DNA of 64,000 nt from Octopus bimaculoides (Eukaryota): assembly GCF_001194135.2 (NCBI RefSeq), contig NC_068984.1, positions 108,744,044-108,808,043 of the forward strand, read 5' to 3'. The notes under the pieces were generated by a model. The model had not been told where the DNA came from. It searched no databases and saw only the letters and a program-made list of their open reading frames with translations. This document shows, piece by piece, positions 40,113 through 52,280 of the stretch (position 1 is its first letter; each line of letters opens with the position of its first letter). A program made the translations under genes and the position numbers.

Positions 40113-40114
<2 letters not shown>
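39984..40114 (+). mobile_element. Family E copy E3
   Basis: tcttt-CTGTTGA-A-GAGC-gta-GCTC-GAAAC-TTT-aaaga, shared body CCCGAGCGTTAAACTAATACAT...AATTCTCCC, then (TA)n. Confidence 0.7.
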
Positions 40115-40144
<30 letters not shown>

Positions 40145-40445
40145 NNNNNNNNNNNNNNNNNNNNNNNNNNNNNNNNNNNNNNNNNNNNNNNNNNNNNNNN
40201 NNNNNNNNNNNNNNNNNNNNNNNNNNNNNNNNNNNNNNNNNNNNNNNNNNNNNNNNNNNNNNNNNNNNNNNNNNNNNNNNNNNNNNNNNNNNNNNNNNNN
40301 NNNNNNNNNNNNNNNNNNNNNNNNNNNNNNNNNNNNNNNNNNNNNNNNNNNNNNNNNNNNNNNNNNNNNNNNNNNNNNNNNNNNNNNNNNNNNNNNNNNN
40401 NNNNNNNNNNNNNNNNNNNNNNNNNNNNNNNNNNNNNNNNATATA

Positions 40446-40905
40446 TACATCCCCTCACCCAAAATTGACATAATTTCGTAGTGTAATAATGTAGCCAATT
40501 CTCGCTCAAATGATCTCAAATTTTAACAAAATGTGTAAAAAACAACCAAGTTTGGATCGGGCGTGCCAGTAATAATGACAATTTGCCGTTGAAATGGCTA
40601 CCACGTTCACCTGACTTGACACCATGTAATTTTTTTCGATGGGGCTACGTGAAAGGACTAGTATATATCCTGCTTCTTTCTACAAGCTTGGAGGAACTGA
40701 GGAAAAAAATCACTGAGGAGAATGCCACGCAAGACATGCTACAGCGTGTTTGGCAGGAAGTGGACTATCGACTTGATGTGTGTCGTGTCACAGGCGGTGC
40801 GCATTTTGAACAGTCGTGAAGTTTGTGAAATCGGTTATAAAATCTACGCCTATTTAATTTCGTTTGCCTAGGACATGGAGTTACTCAGATATTCACATTT
40901 GAAAT
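40446..40905 (+). mobile_element. Tc1/mariner-superfamily transposase C-terminal fragment
   Basis: WLPRSPDLTPCNFFRWGYVKGLVY...LQRVWQEVDYRLDVCRVTGGAHFE at about 40590-40819. Confidence 0.8.
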
Positions 40906-40953
40906 GGTATGTATGTATATATCTTGCTTAGCCAGGAATATATATATATGTAC

Positions 40954-40989
<36 letters not shown>

Positions 40990-41026
40990 TTAGACATATA
41001 TGTACCTATGTATATATGTGTGTCAT

Positions 41027-41102
<76 letters not shown>

Positions 41103-41119
41103 GCTAGCTAGCTAGCTAG

Positions 41120-41245
41120 CTAGGTATAAGACAGGCTTCCTTTAGTTACCGCCTATGAAGTTCACTCACATGGCTTTGATCGGCCCGAGGCTAAAGTAGA
41201 AGACACTTGGTCATGGTCTGGACCCAGAAGCATGTGTTTGGGNNN
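41120..41245 (-). mobile_element. SINE A fragment
   Basis: GGCTTCCTTTAGTT...GAAGACACTTG. Confidence 0.6.
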
Positions 41246-42186
41246 NNNNNNNNNNNNNNNNNNNNNNNNNNNNNNNNNNNNNNNNNNNNNNNNNNNNNNN
41301 NNNNNNNNNNNNNNNNNNNNNNNNNNNNNNNTGGGTATCGAAGAACGATAAGCTGGAAACAAAACGGTTTTTTTTTTGTACTCCACGTTAGGTAACCAGG
41401 GTTGCGGAGTGTGCGAATAAGAATACAAGAATTACGGAATGGAGTGTCTAAGATCCGGGCTACATATATTTCATAGATGGCGCAACCTCAGAAGTGGTAA
41501 AAATCCGAGCCGGCTACTCTTCAGGCCAAGGATATCCTGATTAAATTAAAGGTTACATTGTCGTAAGGATGTACATGTTGACGCATGTAACGTTCAATAA
41601 AAAAAAAACAAAAAACAAAACACACACACACGCACGCACACACATATGGTGTATATATGTTATACATATGTGTTTTATATGTATATATATATGTTATACA
41701 TATGTTATATATATATACATATATGTTATACATACATGTTTTATATATACATATATGATACATATATAACATATATATATATATATACACGTACATTTAT
41801 ATATGTGTGTGTGTGTATCTCAATATGTCAACCTATCTTTCTATTTATATAATATCACTATGAATGTGTGTGCGTGCGTTAGTGTGCTAGTGTGTTTATA
41901 TGTACTGTCTAGGCGCACATGTTTTATAAAATGTATATCATTTGATCAGCAGATTAAACGTCATTAACCCAAACTGATTGTATGAATAGTAATAATAATA
42001 ATAATAATAATAATGAAAAATAATTAAAATAATAATAATAAATAACAAAAAAAAAAAAATAAACCTGTACATTTTTTTTTTACATATCGTAAGTAAAATT
42101 ATTTTGGCAATGATATATTTTCTTAGTCACTCTCGCTTGTATTTCATATGAACCAGACTTTTTATTATTTATGTTGTGTGTTTGTA

Positions 42187-42227
<41 letters not shown>

Positions 42228-42444
42228 TTTTGTGTTCATTATTAAATGTTCTGCCATTAAGAAACTTTGCCAAATTTTAGTACACAATTTGTATTTCTTA
42301 TTATGTGGTACGTAACATATTTTGCTTTACAATATTGGTGGTGGTGGTAGTGGTGGGGGAATTATCCTGTCAAGCTTGTCCTCATTTCGCTTTATATATT
42401 TCCGTGTGGGCATACACATAGATGTATGTTTGAATGTATGCATG

Positions 42445-42517
<73 letters not shown>

Positions 42518-42677
42518 CGAAACTTATATACATACATAAGGACATACGTAGTATATATATACCTACTTACCTATATACTCATATACTTATGTACAAACAT
42601 ATTCATAGATACCTGCCTCCTACACACGCTTATACATAGATACATATATACACACAAAGAAGCATATATGCATATAC

Positions 42678-42748
<71 letters not shown>

Positions 42749-42749
42749 C

Positions 42750-42905
42750 AGGGAGAATTCCCCAAAAAAGAAACAAAAGACGAAGACAGGTGGTATAGAA
42801 AACAAGCAGATGTATTAGTATAACGCTCAGGAATTGAAAAAAGTCTTTAACGTTTCGAGCCTACGCACCTCCACAGAAAGAAACACAGAAAGAAACAAGG
42901 AGAGA
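42750..42905 (-). mobile_element. Family E copy E4
   Basis: Minus strand tcttt-CTGTGGA-G-GTGC-gtag-GCTC-GAAAC-GTT-aaaga (42881-42844); embedded in (TCTA)n. Confidence 0.7.
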
Positions 42906-42930
42906 AAAAAAAAAGAGAGAGTGGTTAGCG

Positions 42931-43030
<100 letters not shown>

Positions 43031-43043
43031 CTATGTCTATACA

Positions 43044-43261
43044 TACGAAGGGGTGCTGAAAAGTTTCTGGTATTAAAGGTGTCGCGAAAGGCCTAGCTGA
43101 AAGCCCAAACTTCCGAGATCTTTTACAGGGCTTAGAAAAAATTGAAGGAGTGCTGCAATAAGTGTGTGAATCTGAGAGGGGAATATATTGCATAAAATCA
43201 TAATTAACTGATCCTGTATTTTCTTTTACCTCAAACCAGGAACTTATCAGCACGCCCTCGT
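43044..43261 (+). mobile_element. Mariner-derived MITE copy
   Basis: Aligns to 8500-8721 with both TIRs. Confidence 0.8.
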
Positions 43262-43302
43262 CTTACATGCATACCAATATTTAAGCATACCTACATACAT
43301 AT

Positions 43303-43507
43303 TCTTTTATTCTCTTATTTGTTTCAGTAATTTGACTGCAGCCATGCTGGAGCACCACCTTTACTCGAACAAATTGACCCCATAACTTATTCTTTGTAAG
43401 CCTAGTACTTATTCTATCGGTCTCTTTTGCCGAACTGCTAAGTTACGGAGGCGTAAACACACCAACATTGGATGTCAAGCGATAGTGGGGGAACAAACAC
43501 ATACACA

Positions 43508-43510
<3 letters not shown>
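43303..43510 (-). mobile_element. SINE A 3' half, running into a gap
   Basis: Reverse match. Confidence 0.85.
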
Positions 43511-43549
<39 letters not shown>

Positions 43550-44489
43550 NNNNNNNNNNNNNNNNNNNNNNNNNNNNNNNNNNNNNNNNNNNNNNNNNNN
43601 NNNNNNNNNNNNNNNNNNNNNNNNNNNNNNNNNNNNNNNNNNNNNNNNNNNNNNNNNNNNNNNNNNNNNNNNNNNNNNNNNNNNNNNNNNNNNNNNNNNN
43701 NNNNNNNNNNNNNNNNNNNNNNNNNNNNNNNNNNNNNNNNNNNNNNNNNNNNNNNNNNNNNNNNNNNNNNNNNNNNNNNNNNNNNNNNNNNNNNNNNNNN
43801 NNNNNNNNNNNNNNNNNNNNNNNNNNNNNNNNNNNNNNNNNNNNNNNNNNNNNNNNNNNNNNNNNNNNNNNNNNNNNNNNNNNNNNNNNNNNNNNNNNNN
43901 NNNNNNNNNNNNNNNNNNNNNNNNNNNNNNNNNNNNNNNNNNNNNNNNNNNNNNNNNNNNNNNNNNNNNNNNNNNNNNNNNNNNNNNNNNNNNNNNNNNN
44001 NNNNNNNNNNNNNNNNNNNNNNNNNNNNNNNNNNNNNNNNNNNNNNNNNNNNNNNNNNNNNNNNNNNNNNNNNNNNNNNNNNNNNNNNNNNNNNNNNNNN
44101 NNNNNNNNNNNNNNNNNNNNNNNNNNNNNNNNNNNNNNNNNNNNNNNNNNNNNNNNNNNNNNNNNNNNNNNNNNNNNNNNNNNNNNNNNNNNNNNNNNNN
44201 NNNNNNNNNNNNNNNNNNNNNNNNNNNNNNNNNNNNNNNNNNNNNNNNNNNNNNNNNNNNNNNNNNNNNNNNNNNNNNNNNNNNNNNNNNNNNNNNNNNN
44301 NNNNNNNNNNNNNNNNNNNNNNNNNNNNNNNNNNNNNNNNNNNNNNNNNNNNNNNNNNNNNNNNNNNNNNNNNNNNNNNNNNNNNNNNNNNNNNNNNNNN
44401 NNNNNNNNNNNNNNNNNNNNNNNNNNNNNNNNNNNNNNNNNNNNNNNNNNNNNNNNNNNNNNNNNNNNNNNCCTCGTGGGCATCGGTGC

Positions 44490-44665
44490 CGATTTTTTCT
44501 TCCTCCGTTTTTCCATTCTTTGAACTTTCCTTGTTTCCGACGAAGGGCTCCGCCCGAAATGTCATACTCTCTCTCTTTCCTTTCCCGAGCGTCTAATAAC
44601 ACTATCCGTATCACGTCCTCACGTTGTTGTTTTTTGTTATTGTTTTTGTCTTTTTTTGAACTTAT
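44490..44665 (+). mobile_element. Family E-related repeat with HHR-like core
   Basis: gttt-CCGACGA-A-GGGC-tcc-GCCC-GAAAT-GTC-atac (44533-44567); shares downstream CCCGAGCGT and a T-rich tail ending in (TA)n with family E. Confidence 0.5.
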
Positions 44666-44694
44666 ATATATATATTTACACACACACACACCCT

Positions 44695-45114
44695 CTTATT
44701 CGTTTCATTCACTGGGCTGCTGTCATGCTGATGCACCGCTTTGAAGGGATTCAGTCGAACAGACCGACCCTAATATCTTTTAAAGTCCGCTATTTATTTT
44801 ATCGGTGTCTATGACGATCCCTTAAGTGAAGGGGAGGTAAATAAACCAGCCTCGGTGGCTAAGAGTTGGAGGGCACACAAAAACGTGTGTATGCTCACAC
44901 ATATACACCACGGGTTTCTATTTAGTAACAGTCTACCAAATTTACTCTCAAGTAATTGATCGGCCAGAGGCCAAAATAGAAGACACTTATCCAAGGTGCT
45001 ATACTTGTCCGAGACACTTGTCCGAGACACTTGTCCGAGACACTTGTCCAAGGTGAGACTGAACCGGAAGCTACGTGGTTGCAAAGCGACCTCCTTAACC
45101 ACATAGCTATGCCT

Positions 45115-45115
<1 letters not shown>
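44695..45115 (-). mobile_element. Old SINE A with an internal 13-bp tandem expansion
   Basis: GACACTTGTCCGA repeated at about 45003-45050. Confidence 0.7.
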
Positions 45116-45200
<85 letters not shown>

Positions 45201-45201
45201 A

Positions 45202-45235
<34 letters not shown>

Positions 45236-45439
45236 TTTGACCTAATACATGAAGAAAGAAATGCTTTTCTACAGGTCTCTTGAGTTTATCGTATCTCGTT
45301 TGACCTTATCACTGATTTTATCCAAGAGTCTGTGTCCTCTTTTCTCAAAATTAGGCGAGATGAACATTTTACTGGTATAAACTATAGTTAATGCGATATG
45401 TGATAAACATTATCATATATCGCATTAAGCTATGTAATA

Positions 45440-45730
45440 GTCACCGATTACACAGCATAGATATTGATGTGAAGCTCCAGCAGCGGATAAAATATGCCAG
45501 CGTAACCTTTGGTCTCCTGAGAAGACGATTATATGAAGAGCATGGTCGGAGACAGCCAGCCATAATTATGGCTTATAAAGTAAGTTGTTGCACACACGCT
45601 ACTGCTACAGCTCTGACGATTGGACAAGTTATAAAAGTGATATCTCTATAAATTTGAAATATGACTGATAGAATCTGGCTTCTACAATAAGTGGGTGCGA
45701 AAGGGCTTGTGGGAAAATCTGCCTATGATC
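45440..45730 (+). mobile_element. RTE-clade LINE RT fragment
   Basis: IDIDVKLQQRIKYASVTFGLLRRRLYEEHG (cf. RTE-type I..EI..RI.KAS..FG.L..RVW). Confidence 0.65.
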
Positions 45731-45810
45731 TCATAAATACCTGCCTCCAACACACGCTTATACATAGATACATATATACACACAAAGAAGCATATATGCA
45801 TATACCATAT

Positions 45811-46253
45811 AGGCGCAGGAGTGGCTGTGTGGTAAGTAGCTTGCTTACCAACCACATGGTTCCGGGTTCAGTCCCACTGCGTGGCACCTTGGGCAAGTGT
45901 CTTCTACTATAGCCTCGGGCCGACCAAAGCCTTGTGAGTGGATTTGGTAGACAGAAACTGAAAAAAGCCCGGCGTATATATGTATATGTATATATATATG
46001 TGTGTGTTTGTGTGTCTGTGTTTNNNNNNNNNNNNNNNNNNNNNNNNNNNNNNNNNNNNNNNNNNNNNNNNNNNNNNNNNNNNNNNNNNNNNNNNNNNNN
46101 NNNNNNNNNNNNNNNNNNNNNNNNNNNNNNNNNNNNNNNNNNNNNNNNNNNNNNNNNNNNNNNNNNNNNNNNNNNNNNNNNNNNNNNNNNNNNNNNNNNN
46201 NNNNNNNNNNNNNNNNNNNNNNNNNNNNNNNNNNNNNNNNNNGAGTAAAAGAG
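45811..46253 (+). mobile_element. SINE A with TATACC target-site duplication
   Basis: TATACC at 45801-45806 and 46254-46259; gap inside. Confidence 0.85.
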
Positions 46254-46258
46254 TATAC

Positions 46259-46306
<48 letters not shown>

Positions 46307-46384
46307 AGGGAGAATTCACAAAAAAACAAACAAACAAAAGACGAAGACAGGTGGTGTAGAAAACAAACAGATGTATTAGTATAC
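46307..46384 (-). mobile_element. Family E copy E5, 5'-truncated, no HHR
   Basis: Matches 42750-42822 including the diagnostic variants AGAAAACAA and TATTAGTATA. Confidence 0.7.
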
Positions 46385-46584
46385 ATCTGAATTTCTGGGA
46401 AAAAGAGAACCAGAGCTCTTAATGCAACGGGAGAAGCAGCTGAGAAGAGTTCGATTTGGATCTGGTGAACGAGGAATGAAATTGGACTTCAGAAAGTATA
46501 ATTTACCCTGCAGCGAACTGGTGTCTTCGACTAAACTGGTTACAATACACAAGTTATCTTGGATTTGGGATACCTTAACCATTC

Positions 46585-46804
46585 AGGAGGGGATGCTGAA
46601 AAACTTCCTGGCTTTAAGGGTGTCACAAAAAGCCTGAGTGGAGGCCCAACCCTCCGAGTTCTTTTACAGGACTTAGAAAACTGAAAGACTGCTGCAATAA
46701 ATGTGTGAATCTGAGAGGGGAATATGTTGAATAAAACCATGATTAACTAATCCTTCTGTATTTTCTTTTAACTGAGAGCCAAGAACTTTTCAGCATCGTC
46801 TCGT
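46585..46804 (+). mobile_element. Mariner-derived MITE copy
   Basis: Aligns to 8500-8721; TIRs more decayed. Confidence 0.75.
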
Positions 46805-46929
46805 AATACAGACAATAGCACAGAATGTGGCAGCAGAAGGGTGTCCAGGAATTCATGGCGTGGATGCAGCCCGGTTCCCTTAGAGTATAAAGAGATAAGG
46901 ACTGAAACACAAGAACGAGGACGAGAGGT

Positions 46930-47165
46930 GGTCTTCTACGCTGAAGATCTTCTACTGTTCAGCTCTATCTAGAGTTTCATGCTACTAGAGATGCCTGATG
47001 AAGAGCTTGGCCATTCAGTGGCTGAACAAACGGCAGTATGTCAGCGAGCTCGAGAAAGTCAATATCTTCTGCGTGGAAACCACCATAATTATGCGATATC
47101 AGCTTCGTCGCGCTGGCCATGAATGAAAACGGTGGACCATTGGTTATATGAATAAATGTCTTACT
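46930..47165 (+). mobile_element. RTE-clade LINE C-terminal fragment
   Basis: RCLMKSLAIQWLNKRQYVSELEKVNIFCVETTIIMRYQLRRAGH (cf. RCLR.IL.I.W.D...N..VL..A...SI......QLRWAGH). Confidence 0.7.
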
Positions 47166-47565
47166 CATGGATAAGTGAAGGAAAATACGCATAGAGACAA
47201 AATGAAATGATTCAAAGATGTATTTAAAGGAAATACGAAAAATCTGGCATCAGTGTGTGAAAATAGTAATTGTGGGTGAATAACCGATGCAAGTGCAAAC
47301 GGACGAATCGCCTATGATAGAACACAACACTTCAACATAACCTCAAGCAAACATTTAATTTATAAATGTCAGAGAAGAAAACATTTCGACGGAAACAACA
47401 GCATCTCCCGCAGGACAAGAAATGTATTCTCTGCAGCTAGACTTATGGATCACGCATTGGTCTACATATTTACATGTATGTACTTGAAAGTTAACTCTGG
47501 CAGAGAATCGTTCTTCACTCCGAGGGATTGCCGACAAAAACGATATACACACACATATATGCATA

Positions 47566-47640
<75 letters not shown>

Positions 47641-47797
47641 AGTCAGTCAGTCAGTCAGTACGGACGGTCATGTACCTGTCTATCCATCCATCCATCCATC
47701 CATCCATCCATCCATCAATTCACCTCGCTTTTCGTCGTACTTCTTTCACACGGACTTTAATCGTAGTTCTAACTGATTTCTAATTAGTCGTAGAGAA

Positions 47798-47846
<49 letters not shown>

Positions 47847-48392
47847 AAAAACGACTTCGTTTAGACAAATTATGATATGTCCTGTGAAGTACATGTGTAT
47901 CTATTTTACACATACACGTACACATACAATGACATACATATATATACATACATATGTACATATATACATTCTTACACATACACACTCACACACGCACACA
48001 TATATAGGCATGCACATACATAATATGAAAATGGACAAATAAAGCTGGCCGTTTTTATTATCCAGTTTTATCGCCTCCAGACACAGAGATTGTAAATACA
48101 ATATATGTATTTAGTTTGATAATACATATCTAAGTCATTTATCGATTACAAAAGTCAATAAACTCTGTTTATAATTTGATTTATTTCAACTGGGTCCTCC
48201 AATAACTGATCTTTTCGGCCATTTTGTCTGCAATTATTAATGCTATAAGACATAATAGTTACATTTTATTAGTGATATCGTATTTCATACATATAATGGC
48301 TGTAAAGTAAGTGTACCTATATATGTAACCAGAACTCTCAAGGACCTTTTGGATCAATCTAAAACGATTGGAAAATTTCGAAAATGTCCATT

Positions 48393-48450
48393 TTAACCCC
48401 CTTGCCTGTCTTATGTATCACACGTGATACACAAGACACATTTCCATATC
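48393..48450 (+). mobile_element. piggyBac-like terminus
   Basis: TTAA-CCCCCTTGCCTGTC plus palindrome TGTCTTATGTATCAC-ac-GTGATACACAAGACA. Confidence 0.5.
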
Positions 48451-49009
48451 GTCCATGCATTATATATGATACAGTTTCCCATTTTCTATGTTCAACCAGT
48501 GGATTAATTGGGACTGATGAAAAGAAAGTTTGATATGACTAAGAGCTTACGAAACAAGGGATAACTAAAAGTTTGAAATGCTTAAAACAGGTTTACGAAG
48601 TTGCTTTGGACAGACAAAAGGTTAATATATTTAAATAAGTGTATAGTTATTATCATTCATGTTTGATATAATAGTTGCTAAAATACACAGCTCTGCCTTT
48701 TAGCTGCTGTCATCACTACAATGATGTGCTCAAGTTTTTCCTGTCTCCATCTTCAAACTTGGATTCACTTAGCCATTTCTGTACGACAGCCTAACTTACG
48801 ATGACATAAACTGTTACGATAATGTTGTAATAATTACAATTTTAATGAAATGGAGGAATTATCATTGTTCATCTACTGCAAGATCAAATTCAAAATAATT
48901 TGATATTTCGTTATTCGATTTTTAAAACTAAATATTTAAAAACTATTCAGTATTTCAAACACATCTGTTTTCCAACTACTTTTCACGGCCAGACTATCAG
49001 ATATCATTA

Positions 49010-49330
49010 CATATTTGATGGTCGCAGTGCGCTCCCATTTTGCTTTTGATTGTGAGTTTCTTTACAATTTGTGCTCGAATTGTTTGACCACATCATATTC
49101 CCATCATCTTGGAGATCTTTCGAGTAGTCTTTTCCGATCTTTTGGGTTCCACTCGACAAGTGCACAGGTATCCATGTTGTCTGTGAGCATTGTGCTATGT
49201 CCAGCTCTGCAGAATGTCTGCATTTGGTATTCATCTTTGGGTATATTTCTATCGGTATTCCTCGATATTCCTCGATATTCCGAAGATTCTTCAGACATTT
49301 TTCAATCTGGACCCTCGTCTCTAGTCTCTT
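49010..49330 (-). mobile_element. RTE-clade LINE 3' fragment
   Basis: AGHSTMLTDNMDTCALVEWNPKDRKRLLERSPR*WEYDV (cf. AGH..R..D.RW....EW.P...KR..GRP..RW.DD). Confidence 0.7.
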
Positions 49331-49951
49331 GATTTTCGATGAACTATGCTTGTAGATGATAGTTTTTTTTTTTCCAGTATCTTCTTGTGTTTCCTTTGGT
49401 ACGTTTAGAAATATTGTTCTCCCATTTTTTAAGTGAGTTTTAACGTCAGATAATGTCTTTTTCTGACGCGTCAACTTTCTCCAGTCGACGACACTCTTGT
49501 GCGGAACCCTTCTCCTTTTCTTTGATGCTGTTTCCTTTGTATTAATGTTTGTGTTGGCGGTGACAGTGGTAGTGGTGGTGGCGGAGGTGACAGTGTTCTT
49601 GGTAGTGTTGTTGTTGCTTTTTGTTGTTATTGTTTTCTTTTCTTGTTCCCGTAATGGTGATGGCGGTGTTGAAATTTTTAACAGCGGAAAATTAACTTCA
49701 TACTTATCCCGCCTTACGTTGTTGGTTGCTGTTACTGTTGCTGTTGTTGTTGCTGCTACTGCTGTTGCTGTTGTTACTGCTGCCGCCGCTATCGCTAATT
49801 TTTACAACATCGCTATTCTACGGATAACTGATTCCGCTTTTTACCGGACGAACAAATCCTCCCTGCAATCTTTTAAACCAAATATTGAGGGGCATGTTTG
49901 CTAAATAAACGCTGACTTAGCTTCTAATGGCTATAGACAGAGAAAACTCAC

Positions 49952-49979
49952 CTGCTCCCTAAAATCCTGGTTAGTTCAT
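49952..49979 (-). CDS. Candidate 28-nt coding micro-exon, (D)ELTRILGS(R)
   Basis: Acceptor ttgttatcgttttatag, donor CAG|gtgagt; only one of three frames open. Confidence 0.4.
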
Positions 49980-50009
49980 CTATAAAACGATAACAAATGT
50001 TCAATATAT

Positions 50010-50418
50010 AGGCGAGGGGTGGCTGTGTGGTAAGTAGCTTACTTACCAACTACATAGTTCCGGGTTCATTCCCACTGCTTGGCACTTTGGGCAAGTGTCT
50101 TCTACTGAAGCCTCGGGCCGACCAAAGCCTTGTGAGTGGATTTGGTAGACAGAAACTGAAAGAAGCCTGTCGTATATATGCATATATATGTATGTGTGTG
50201 TATATGCTTGTATGTCTGTGTTCCCCCCCCCCCAACATCACTTGACAACCGATGCTGGTGTGTTTACATCCGCGTAACATAGTGGTTCGGCAAAAGTGAC
50301 CGATAGAATAAGTACTAGGCTTTCAAAGAATAAGTCCTGGGGTCAATTTGCTCGACTAAAGGCGGTGTTCCAGCATGGCCGCAGTCAAATGACTGAAACA
50401 AGTAAAAGAGTAAAAGAG
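50010..50418 (+). mobile_element. SINE A full-length
   Basis: Whole-consensus match. Confidence 0.9.
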
Positions 50419-50695
50419 AAATATAACTTTGTTTAACAATAGAAATAACAAAATTACGGGATCGATGTATAATACATCGATAGACGAATAAGCAAAATAA
50501 CAACAACAACAAGAATAACGACAATAATAATGATGGCTGACATAAATTTTGGTTGGTTGTTTGCTTTATATTGTACAGAGAGAGGGGGGAAAAGAGTAAA
50601 AAGGAAATACGGAAAAAATTAACATCGAATGTGCAGGTTTCATGCACGCGCCAGGCTTGGTGACGTGAGAGAGAATAGAAGTATTAAGTGCCAAA

Positions 50696-51027
50696 ATGAG
50701 AGACCCCTTTCGGTCATGACTGACCATGCGATTGCACCTAGAAAGTTACCCTCCGATGCACAAGTCCGGGTAAGGTTGTTTATGGAAGACCAGCAGTCGC
50801 CCATGCATACCGGTCTCCCCTCTCAACGCCACCAGTGTTATCCAAGAGAAAGGCAAAGGCCGATACAGGTTGGCACTGTGACGTCGCAACTCATTTCTAC
50901 AGCTGAGTGAACTGGAGCAACGTGAAATAAAGTGTCTCGCTCAAGAACACAAAACGCAGCTCGTTCCGGGATTCGAACTCACGACCTCGCGATCGTAAGC
51001 TCGACGCTCTAACCACTGAGCCATGTG
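50696..51027 (-). mobile_element. SINE family F (tRNA head)
   Basis: Head at the right end (GAGTTCGAATCCC on the minus strand); matches 34484-34710 and 12418-12510. Confidence 0.85.
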
Positions 51028-51126
51028 ATAATAATAGTTATGGGAGGTGAATATATTTTTTGAAAATTATAATTCATTTCTTCGTTTTGTGTAAGCAAGA
51101 AATTAATAAAAGTTAAATCATAATTA

Positions 51127-51515
51127 CTCTCTCTTTACTCTTTTACTTGTTTCAGTCATTTGACTACGGCCATGCTGGAGCACCGCCTTTAGTCGAGCAA
51201 ATCGACCCCGGGACTTATTCTTTGTAAGCCTAGTACTTATTATATCGGTCTCTTTTGCCGAACCGCTAAGTTACGGGGACATAAACACACCAGCAGCGGT
51301 TGTCAAGCAATGCTAAGGGGACAAACACAGACACACAAACATACGCACACACACATATATATACATATATACGACGGGCTTCTTTCAGTTTCCGTCTACC
51401 AAATCCACTCACAAGGCTTTGGTTGGCCTGAGGCTATAGTAGAAGACACTTGCCCAAAGTGCCACGCAGTGGGACTGAACCCGGAACCATGTGGTTGGTA
51501 AGCAAGCTACTTACA
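51127..51515 (-). mobile_element. SINE A near full-length
   Basis: Reverse match. Confidence 0.9.
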
Positions 51516-51599
51516 TGTATTAATATAAAATATTTCTTGACATTTCCCGTGGCGGTAAAAGTATTACTTCCAAAGTTACCGTCATACGACTAGTAGTAA

Positions 51600-51967
51600 T
51601 AGCAGTCTCAAAAGGTCAGCAATTTTAGTGGGAGGGTTAAATCAATTACATCGATCTAGTACTTATTTTACCGACCCCACGAAGAGATGAAAATCAAAGT
51701 CGACCTCGGCAGTATTAATAATGATGATGATGAAAATAATAATAAGAATAATAACCTTTGCTTACTATAGGCACAAGGCCTGAAATTTCAGGGGAGGGGG
51801 TAAGTCGATCGATCACATCAACCTCAGTACTTGACTGGTACTTAATTTATCGAAAGGATGGAAGACAAAGTCAACCTCGGCAGAATTTGAACTCAGGTCG
51901 TAAGGACGGACGAAATTCCGCTAAGCATTTTGTCCGGCGTGCTATCGATTCTGTCAGCTCACTGCCT

Positions 51968-51968
<1 letters not shown>
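51600..51968 (-). mobile_element. Two SINE B copies
   Basis: 51600-51715 partial; 51755-51968 full. Confidence 0.8.
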
Positions 51969-52030
<62 letters not shown>

Positions 52031-52048
52031 GATGATAATAATATTAAC

Positions 52049-52087
<39 letters not shown>

Positions 52088-52088
<1 letters not shown>

Positions 52089-52280
52089 TTCTATATTTAA
52101 CCACTACGCCATATGCACATAATAATAATAATAACAACATCGAAAAATACCTTAGGAATGAGAACCCAAGTTCGAAATTTCCCCAGGACACCTGAAGAAG
52201 GCTGGAGGGTATATCAGCCGAAACATTGTGTTAACAACAATCAAGATGAGGACAAATATCCGTCGAATGTAAATAATGTA

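Noticed and set aside
46990-47065. CTGATGAAGAGC...AGCTCGAGAAAGTC as a hammerhead
   Set aside because: It lies in the RTE coding frame (RCLMKS...ELEKVN); there is no GAAA core and no stem I.
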